A stretch of DNA of 49,534 bases, filler included, from Streblomastix strix (lineage: Eukaryota), in NCBI GenBank assembly GCA_008636045.1. It is 3 parts of 3 records of this genome, joined end to end, with 100 filler letters (N's around TTAATTAATTAA, not from the genome) between each part and the next. Parts side by side here need not be neighbours in the genome. Positions count along the whole stretch, not along the records: positions 33,092 to 49,534 come from SNRW01000813.1; 2 more parts are not named here. One strand, given 5' to 3'. The translations under genes and the position numbers were made by a program. Of the stretch, positions 40,002 to 49,534 are shown piece after piece. A model generated the notes under the pieces. That model saw only the letters and a list, made by a program, of their open reading frames with translations. It had not been told where the DNA came from and did no database searches. Each line of letters starts with the position of its first letter. The stretch's first letter is position 1.

Positions 40002-41294
40002 TCAATGTTCATCATCGGTGTTTGAACTAAGTATTTCAGTGTTATTAGCTTCTTATTCATTACTAAGTATCAATAATTGTATTAAAAAATGTGGAATGCA
40101 TGTTGTACAAATTTCATTTTCTTCTATAATTCTCTGAAATTATGTTTTATTCTTTAAATTTCTCTTCTCAACTTCTATTTAATATACTTCATCTTCATTA
40201 TTAACTTCTGAAAATGAACTACTTTGTGAGCAAGATTTGAATAACCAATTTTTCTTCCAAAAAATTCTTCCACACGTTATAAACGGGAGTGTTAATGGAA
40301 GAAATATAATGACAACAAACAAGACAATCCCAAATATAACACATATAATAATGGATGTGGATTTAAAGAGAAGGGAGTCCTAAGTAATTTAATAATTGAT
40401 ATTTAATAATAAAAAATGAAATGGTAATTATTAATAAATTAATTTGTCAAGCTTTTATTCAAACCATAATAATAAATGAACAAGAATTTCCTTCATTACG
40501 AGCAACTATTCCAATATATCGCTTATTTGAACATATTGTATTGTTGCATGTTTGCATTTATGAAATAAAGTCAAATCTCTGAATTATATATTCAATTTGA
40601 AAAAAATATATTAAATAATTATAAACAATAATTATTATTAAAATGAATATTAATAAATACTGTAAGAAGTGCTCTAAATTCTTGATTAGGAATAACATGA
40701 TTTACACAATCACCTACTACAAAAGAGTAAAATGCAGTTTCATTAACCAATAATAAATAACTCCAGTCATTCTCGTCCAATTATTCTTCAACTATTCTTG
40801 GTCCTTTAATATTTTGATAAGAGATCCATGACGTACAATTTGATGGCTATTTAATTGTCCAATTAACTTAAGATCCAGAAATCAAGTGCAAATCTACATA
40901 TTAATAGATATATTCTTTATAATCAATAAAACAATTTTTATAGTTATGAATTAATAATTAATGATAAAATACATTCAAATGCAGCTTATTTGATTTCCCA
41001 ATCTCTTCTTATTTTCATTTCATTAATTTGGGGATTTTTTTTACCAAAAAACACATTGCATGAATTTGTTATTACCTTCAAATAATAGAAAAACAAATAA
41101 TTAAAAAAGAATATAAAATGATATTTGCATACAGCTGGATTCCGAAAATCATTATGAGAAATTAATGCAGTCATTCCACCAATTAAAATTTTCTACCCAC
41201 CAGAAATTCTACCAAGAAGATTTAAACTCTCAAACAATATTAGATGAAATGAAGTGAAAGTGGTAGTGATGAATATCAAAAAGATTGCCGCCAT
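40002..41294 (-). CDS. Type I membrane protein (hydrophobic N-terminus, Cys-containing ectodomain, one TM helix)
   Basis: MAAIFLIFITTTF...; YLHLISGSQVNW; TM IIICVIFGIVLFVVIIFLPL. Introns at 41076-41132, 40894-40972, 40579-40660 and 40380-40464. Confidence 0.7.
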
Positions 41295-41843
41295 ATAATA
41301 ATGACGAGAGTTAGGTTTATATCCACATTATCTATGACTTTTAATCCACATTAATCAAAATTATAAACTTTTAAATAAAAAAATGTAAAAAAAAATTTGT
41401 TTTTCAAAAAAAAGGTGTGGATGAAATTATAATAAAATATTATTTGTAAATTTATTATTTGTTTAATTGAAACAATAATAAAGTTAGAATGATGAAATTT
41501 AGAATTCTTCATGGTTTGTTACGAGTAAAAAAGTATTAAAAAAAAAGTAAAAAAAATATAGGTGTGTATATTATATTTGTTCATACAAGTTGTCTCAATT
41601 AGTGACATATGCAATATTTGAATAAAATTGTAAATTTGTGTAGAAATTTATGCAAGGATTGAACAACGACGAATAATAATTTTATGCAATTTCCCAAATT
41701 TGCTAATACTAATAAAAAATGTTCATTATGCAAAAATTTATTTAAATTATTAGTTTAAAAGGTACTTTTTATAATATTAAAACTATAAATAATTGAGCTT
41801 GGAGTGATATAAATCAAATAGTTGTTTAATATATTTCAGAAAT

Positions 41844-43571
41844 TCAAAATTGGTTTCTATTGTTATTTCCTTCTTCTTTATCATCACTTGATTTTTATTC
41901 TTATTTACTATTACCTTAAATACTCTGCTGATTAATAAATCCATCAAGTGCATTTCCTCCACCACTAGAATTTTAGAGTGAATTGAGTAAGATTGAGTTA
42001 AGTGCCTATTGTTTTTACTATATATGAGGAAATTGAATTTAATTTTAAGATTAAAATTGGTTTTGTTAAGAATGTATTAATTTTTATCCCAATTATTCTT
42101 ATTATTGAATAAATCCCAATTATTCTTAAATTTGAGGTTGTTGAAGTTATTATTACACTTAATGAGGTTAAATCATTCCATGTACGATGTGATTAGTAAT
42201 CTATTATTAAGGAAATAATAACGGTTAAATTACTCTTTGTTACTGCTATTATTATTTTTAATATTGTTACTGTTATTGTTGCTATTATATTTAATACTAA
42301 GATGGTACAGGTTGTGTTAATTGAGTTTATTTTAATAGTTATTATTCTTAAACTTAGGTTTATGCTAACACTTACTCTTATTTGTTTCTTATAATTTATT
42401 AATGCATTTAATGCATAATTATATTACTAATTTCATTCTAACCTTTAGATTACTAAATTGGTAATGAAGGAGAAATCTATTTTAACTGCTATTATTATAC
42501 TACTTGATTATATCTCTAATGTTAAGGAGGGATAAAATTTTATGTTATTGGAGATTAGTGAGGTGTAATAACTTGAGGTTAGAAGGTGGGTGCTCCTGCA
42601 TTTAGATTAGTTCTTAACTAAGCCAAATTTTACATATTGATATGTTAAGCTTATTGATGTTCTTATTAATTTTAAATAGTTTAAATAACTTGGGGAGTTT
42701 GTTACATTTACTATAGAGAAATTATTTATTAAGGAATTTAATTCATTTATTAAGGTTAATAATTAACTTTTCTTTAGATTGAATTTTATGGAATCTAAGA
42801 TGGAAATGTATAAAAAATAATAATAATAATAATAAATTAATATATAATTAATTTTATATTTATTTTACCATCAAACCTCTTCACTCAATGGTTAAATAGA
42901 ATAATAATTCTTAAAATCTAAATTCTATTGATTTTATAATCCAAAAGCTTCATTTTTTTCAATTCCATTAACTTTATTATGCTACTATTATTATTATTAT
43001 AATTATTGCTGTTATTGCGACAAATTTTAAATATTAATAAAATCTTAATTCATCTATTAATTCTATTCATACATTTATCCTTATATTTAAAATTAATGTT
43101 ATTACTAATTGTTTTAATTAATTTATATTCTTTAAACAGGTAAAGCATTTTATTAAACATTTAATGGAAATTATTAGTTATTTAAGGATGAAGGTGAGTT
43201 GTTATTTAATTATTATTGTTGCTATTATTATTGAAGGTGAATAGAATAAGAAATTGTTGGTGATTAAGAAGAAGGAGTTGTAGAAATAGATTGAGAAGGA
43301 GAATGAATGCTAATCTAAGCATTTGTATTTTATGCCTTTTATTATTAATGTTATTACTAAGATATTAGTTATTATTAAATAAACTATTAATGATTTGGTG
43401 AATGAATAATTTGCTTTTATGATTAAAGTTGAGAATTATCAATCATATATTCTTCATTTTGTTATATTTGTTAAGAAAGAATTTAATTTTAATTATTTAA
43501 AGAAATATTTAAAATTTATTAAGGAAAAGATTCAAAATTTTACTATTAATTCTATTATTAATTTTTATTAG

Positions 43572-43663
<92 letters not shown>

Positions 43664-46600
43664 GCAAAATTTATTGATTATTGTTGAATTTATAATGGAA
43701 TTTGAACTGGGATTGGAACTTAACCTGGAAGCATTTCTTTTGAAGAATTACCAAGTTTATGAAATTAATTTTATTTTGTAATTTAATCTTATTGAATTTG
43801 TTGCTAAATTAGTGATGTTTATTATGGAATAGAAATAAGCATAAATGGAACTGGAATTCCATTTGGACCCTACATTAACATAATTTATTGATTATGTGGA
43901 TTAATTTTTATTTAATTAGATGATGATTGAAGAAAGGGAATTTATTATTATTGTTGTTGATGTTGTTGATGTTTTTAGAGATTAATATTATTTAATTATT
44001 AATTAAATTAAATTTATTATTCATTATTTTTATTTTAAAAATTATCATCAGCGTTTTAATGTACTCTTAAATTTTCATTAAAATTATCACTATTATGATC
44101 AAAATCTTATTTAATTTGTAAAGAGGATTATGGAAAATGCTTATTTATTTAATTTTGTTCTTCGAGATTTAATTGTTATAAATTTTATTAAAATGAAAAT
44201 AATAATTCTTGTTGTTATTATTATTTCTATTATTATTATTATAAAGATTATTATTATAAAGATTATTATTATAAAGATTATTATTATTAAGATTATTATT
44301 ATTAAGATTATTATTATTAATCTTCAAGCTTCTATTATTATAAAGATTGTTATTATAAAAGTTATTATTATTAATCTTCAAGTTATTATTATTGCTATTA
44401 TTATTGTTGATATTGTAGATGATTTTATTATTATTGTTGCTAAAATTATTAAGGTGAAGAATTAAATTAAATTTCATTTATTTATTCAGTTACTTACATT
44501 TTGTCTGTTTATTATTAATTAGTATTTGAACTAAAAGTGTTATTATTTTAGTCATGCTATTATGATTACTGGATTGAATTTGATGAATTGGGAGAATGAA
44601 TATTTTCTTATTAATTTCTTGAAATTCTTTAGTCTATTCTTGATTTTCCTTTTTACTACTGATGTGATAAATCTTGTGTTTTCTTACCAAAATGAATATT
44701 ATTTTCATCTTCACTATCTTCTCTTTCATAATTACTAGTAAATATTTCATTCTTTTAAATATAGTTCTAATTAAAATTTTATCCTTTATTCTTTTTTTCT
44801 TCCAAAATAGCCTTCTTCTATTCTTTACATTTCTATTTATCTAATTTTTATTTTCCCTAAATTTCATCTACATTTTGATCTATTTTTATTTGGGTTGTAT
44901 TTTAAAATTCATTTTCTTCTTCATCTGTGGTATCGTCAAAAATAAAACCTATAATTTCATTTCTATTTTCATTATCGCTATTATTATTCTAATTTTCATT
45001 TACATTGTTAATGTTATTATTCTAATTTTCATTTCCATTATTATTATCATCATTATCAACATTATTCAATTGAGAAATTGGAGTAATAAGTGTTGAATGT
45101 TATGAAGAATTGGATTAAGGGCGATATTACGCAAAAGACAGGGGTTTTTATTATTGCAAATCTTTGCTAGCATGTTATTGTGGAACATATGTAAATGATT
45201 GATTTTAACCCAAAAAATTATTCAACTTTTATTATTATTCATTTACTTATATGGGCTATTTCTATTAAGGGATTTATATAGATGTTTTTTAAGTATTTTG
45301 TGTTGGTAATGGAAGAAGAGCTTTACTTTTAATTACTCTTTCAGATTCTTAAGATTTTGGTTTTTAATTCTTTGTTCCGCTTTCTTTATTAACAATTAGA
45401 TTAATTTCATTTAATTTTTTTTCTTTTATATCAATCTAAATATCTTAATTTTTCAATTTTTCTACGTGAATATTAGACTTCTATGTGAAATAAGAATTTA
45501 ATATAGGCTAATGAAGAATAGGCTATTATGTAAGAAGTGGCTATCCAGATCTTGGAGGAGTTATTTACTGAACTTAATTTATTTTATTTTATTAATTTTC
45601 AGGTGGAAGATCTAATAGTGCTTATTATACAATATGGGACTGTTATTTATATTCTATTTCATTATCTTTTTCTTTACCAATTAATTAATTTTAATTATGA
45701 TTCTATCTAATGTTCAGAGGTGAATTTTAAATATGTTATGAAATATTTGGATTATACCCTTTTTGAAGATCCAATTAAACAGGAGTTGGATTGGGGAATA
45801 AAGGAGGTTGTCCAGTATTAGGTTTCCCTTAATGATTAACTATATTATCATTGCTTGAATTAGATACTTATTATTTTGCTAATTATTTATTGTTTAATTC
45901 ATTATTCTTTGATTTTAAATTATAATTATCATTTTATTATTTTTATTTTTCAATAGGATTAAAATATGTTTATTGATATGAATCAATATTTTTATTATCT
46001 TGTTGGGGAGTATATTATGAGAAAGTTATTTAAGAAGTTTATGGAATATAATTAAATAAATTTTTATCCTTATTATCTTGGGTTGGTTTAATTTATATAT
46101 CAGAAGATGGTTAAGGTGTTTTTTGGGAAGAAAAATGTTTTTCGTCTGCACTTTGAGGCTAATAAGAAGAAAAAGAACTTTTTCCATCTGTTATAAATTG
46201 ATGTGGTGAATGTGATTATTGAATTTATTTATTAGGAATGTATGTTTCTATTCCTTTTTCACTATTATTTCATTCGGAGATATTTTATTAATTTGAACTT
46301 TAAAGTTGTTATACTTTTTCTTATAATTGATTTTATTATTTCTATTGTGAAGGGGGTTCATAATATATGTTTGAAAATACCTATAATGAGGAATTCTTAT
46401 TTCTAATTGAATCTTTATTTGTTTATAAATTTGGAATTTATAATAATCCATCTTTTATAACATTATTCATAGAAGCTTGAGGATAATTTTATGTTTTCTA
46501 TTATTAAGTTCCTCCTCTTCTTTCCCAATTTAATTCCAATTTTCCTTTTGCTTCTTCAATCTTTGCCTTTGGTTCATAATAATTTAATATCTCTTTCTAT

Positions 46601-47350
46601 TTTGATATTCCAAATTTTTAAGTTTATTATTCAACTTATTATTATTATTTAATAAACTTATTTTCATCTTTTTTCCCCACTTTCTCTTTTTCCTTTTCTA
46701 ATTTTTTATCTCTCCATTTCTTCCTAATATTATCATTATCTTCATTTGTATTCTTTTAATGTTATGATTAAATTACATGTTAATATGATGAATTATCATA
46801 TATAGAAGTTGAATCCTTTTGAAGATTAGTTTGGTCAGGTCTTTAAAGAATTCTCATTTATCCAGTTCCTTGATACTAATGTTAGTCAAAGTGTGATTTT
46901 TATTAATTTTGCCCAATGGGCGAAGGCTACTCTCCAAATTCTGGAGCTTCAAAGAGATCCTCTTCAACTGGTTTCTATATAATCCAGTCAGGAGACTCAT
47001 CTGTAAATTCTGTATTTGGATCTGTAGATATTTCTGCCCAGGATTTTGCTATAAATAAAAGAAAATGAAATTCAATAAATATATCAAATTAAAAGAGATT
47101 CAAAAGGAGATATAAAATACAATTTTCATTAATTACTGAAACAATTTGTTTGTGTGGTTCTTCAATTTAATGAAGCTAATTATTACCATCTGTATTGGAA
47201 AGAAATGAAATTAAAAAAGTGTATATTAAAGTAAATGAGTGACACACTCTATTGTAGTAACGTAGCAGTCTCTCCCTCATCTTGTATACTTAGAAGTGAT
47301 GTCATTCTTGTAGAGTCTTGTTAATCCTGATTGCTACGCTGTACTGTCAT
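41844..47350 (-). CDS. Extremely Gln-rich low-complexity protein of unknown function
   Basis: ATG at 47350; short motif block SWAEIS...DESPDW; introns at 47190-47247, 47049-47120 and 42795-42868; TGA at 41844. Confidence 0.7.
43573..43662 (-). repeat. (TAA)30 coding microsatellite (polyQ30)
   Basis: (TTA)30 on the + strand, in frame. Confidence 0.9.
44228..44400 (-). repeat. 15-nt coding tandem repeat (QQQSL)n
   Basis: Unit TAATAATAATCTTTA on the minus strand. Confidence 0.8.
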
Positions 47351-47641
47351 TGTAAGGAAATAAATAAAGGCTTCAACAGTTCTGTTGTTATTTTCATAAT
47401 ATATATATATGGAAAAAAAAATATTAAACACAACATGGCAGTCAGAAATAAAGGTTTTTGTTAAAGCTATGATATCAAGCTTGTATCTGTTAAAATACAT
47501 GGTTCAAGGTATTAAGATGATTAAAAAATGAAATTGAACATATTTTCTAGTGCATAACTACTATTTTCAAACAATAAATCCCAGACCCATATTTGATTGC
47601 AAAAAAAAATAATAATAATAATATGCACTCTTTATTTATAT

Positions 47642-48578
47642 TCAGTGAAATTCTGATCCGTCTGAGATATCAATAGTTGTAATTTCCCCTTTACGGGTAA
47701 CAAGGGGCACACCATAGAAAGTAGGTTTCCCATTTAAAACCTTAAATCCTTCCACAACTTTATCAAATTATTTAGAAGGGATTATTGCTGGTGGTTCTAA
47801 TGGTGTGATTGTAGAATTGATCAGAAATGGACTATCCAATGGGAATATACGATCTCCTATTTCAGAATCAGCTGGTGGTTTTAATATTTGTATCTACCCA
47901 CTGACTTTGTCTGTTGCAGCAAGAAGCATCACTTACCCTTCAATACCTACCAGCTTTTTTGGTTTTAGATTTGCAATACCACAAACAATACGTCCTTCCA
48001 GGTCAATAGGTTGATAATATGGGATAAGCCCAGTGATTAAAGGCTTTGTTATTCCTCCAATGTCAGCATCAGCAAGGATAAGCTTGTCTGCATTTGGATG
48101 TTTGCGACAATTAGTTATTTTAATGACACGAAAGTTGCATTACTCAAAAATCTTTGTTAAATTAGCATCTTTTTATCCGGTTTCCTAATTTTTCCCCTTC
48201 TTTTCTTTATCCTCTTTTTTTTTATCAATTTAATCTGCAGTTTATGATTCTGTCTGGGCATTTCCCGTAGCTCTGCGTTTTATTCCTTCTACATCAAGCT
48301 TAAAGTATGGCGGATGCACACGTCCTGGTTTAAATTTGCACAATGGACATGTTTTTTCGAAAGGAAGAGTATACAGTGTTCCACAACTCGCACATTTTGC
48401 TTTGTTTACAGTATGACTCTTAACAAGGTTCTCTGCAAACCACGGATCATCTGGATCCATACGTAAAGGAACACAAACTTAACTTTCTAACTCAGATAAT
48501 ATCAAATCTAGACGTGATATGGATTGTTCTAAAAAAAGAGTTAAAAAAATAGCAATATAGTATTTTAATCATACCCAT
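47642..48578 (-). CDS. tRNA-binding EMAPII/Arc1p/Trbp111-type OB-fold protein with N-terminal zinc ribbon
   Basis: FRVIKITNCRKHPNADKL...LITGL...ANLKPKKLVGIEGQVMLLAA...PPADSEIGDRI; CASC...CPLC. First coding exon ATGG, intron at 48529-48574. Confidence 0.88.
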
Positions 48579-48939
48579 ATAAACAAAATTTTAACTTATC
48601 AGATTGCAAATTATCTAAATGAAATAAAAAAAATAATTCATCAATAATAGTTTGCATGTAAAAAATAGTTTTAATATAAAAAATTAAAAAGTCAAATTAT
48701 CCGTTGAATATTAAAATTTTAAGATGAAATTGTTTAAATTCACTGATATAAATGTTTTCTTAATGTATATTGATTAGGACATTAAGATAAAAACGCTAGA
48801 CGCTGGAAATTGGCTCATTTCGGTTTTTTGCCATCGAATACATGGTTGTATTCGGTGTTTGGGTTAGGATCTTGTATTAATATTACATATAAAACAACTT
48901 ATTGTTTGTTTTATTAATCAAAAATATAATTGAGCAATT

Positions 48940-49534
48940 TCAAATAACAGTCACGCGAGGCTTATTCTAGGTAAGAAGATATTCTAATACTTTTGATGAA
49001 TCTGAGAATTTACTAGCCACAATCATAGCTGCTATAACGTATGGTTTATATCCTGCTTCTTTGTAAGTTTTATGACGATAACGCTCAAAAACTGAAGCGG
49101 AAACCTCACCTTTTTCACAGCTGACTCCCGAAATATCAGCTGGGAGGCAATGCATATATAGAGCACTGCCACTTTTGGTTAAACTCATTCTTTCTTCAGT
49201 ACATTCCCAATCAATATGTTCGGCATTCATTGCAAGAGCTTCTTTTTCAAGTTATTTCTGATCTGGTCCATCACGATTTGATAGAGAAACACGTCTTTGC
49301 ATGATTGTAAGAGGAGCCCAACTTTTCGGATAAACAATATCTGCTCCTGTAAAAGCTTCATCCATATTGTTACTAATGGAAAATTTTGCACCTGAAGCTG
49401 CAGCTCCTTTTTTTGCTTCTTCTAAGATTTCAGGAAGTAGTTCATATCCTTTTGGATGTGCAAGTGCAACATCAACCCCAAAACGTGTAAGAAGAGCAAT
49501 TATTCCTTAAGGAACAGACAGAGGTTTCCCATAA
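48940..49534 (-). CDS. ygeW: YgeW-family (knotted) carbamoyltransferase, 5'-truncated by the contig end
   Basis: YGKPLSVPQGII, LAHPKGY, ADIVYPKSWAP, LYMHCLPADISGVSCEKGEV, YKEAGYKPYVIAAMI. Reads through TAA 49507, TAA 49252 and TAG 48967 to TGA 48940. Confidence 0.9.

Noticed and set aside
40700..40893. Naming the membrane protein as an APD1-like E3 ligase
   Set aside because: There is only a faint motif resemblance (YLHLISGSQV), and no RING domain is present in the cytoplasmic tail.
48940..49534. Canonical ornithine carbamoyltransferase, or a bacterial contaminant
   Set aside because: The motifs match YgeW rather than ArgF/ArcB. In-frame TAA/TAG codons and intron-containing neighbours show nuclear residence.

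Overview
Very AT-rich eukaryotic nuclear DNA in a non-standard genetic code. TAA and TAG encode Gln and TGA is the only stop, so the supplied standard-code ORF track is mostly fragments. Short GT-AG introns are common. This fits an oxymonad such as Streblomastix strix (inference); other TAR=Gln protists are not excluded. The window is three contigs (1-16446, 16547-32991, 33092-49534) joined by artificial N44-TTAATTAATTAA-N44 spacers, and they are probably unlinked. Contig 1 is a decayed Polinton/Maverick-like endogenous viral element. It encodes an SF3 helicase, an rve integrase, a protein-primed PolB with OTU-like and HNH inserts, and several orphan ORFs. Nested inverted-repeat elements interrupt it, and it is cut by a pogo/Tc1-like transposon end followed by two tandem OTU deubiquitinase pseudogenes. 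Contig 2 holds the 5' part of a PP2A catalytic subunit gene and a ~13 kb Gln/Asn-rich gene. Contig 3 holds GPATCH1, a TFIIIC tau95/GTF3C5 subunit, a type I membrane protein, a polyQ-rich protein, a zinc-ribbon/EMAPII tRNA-binding protein and a bacterial-type YgeW carbamoyltransferase recoded into the host code. All translations were done by eye, so pseudogene boundaries are approximate.
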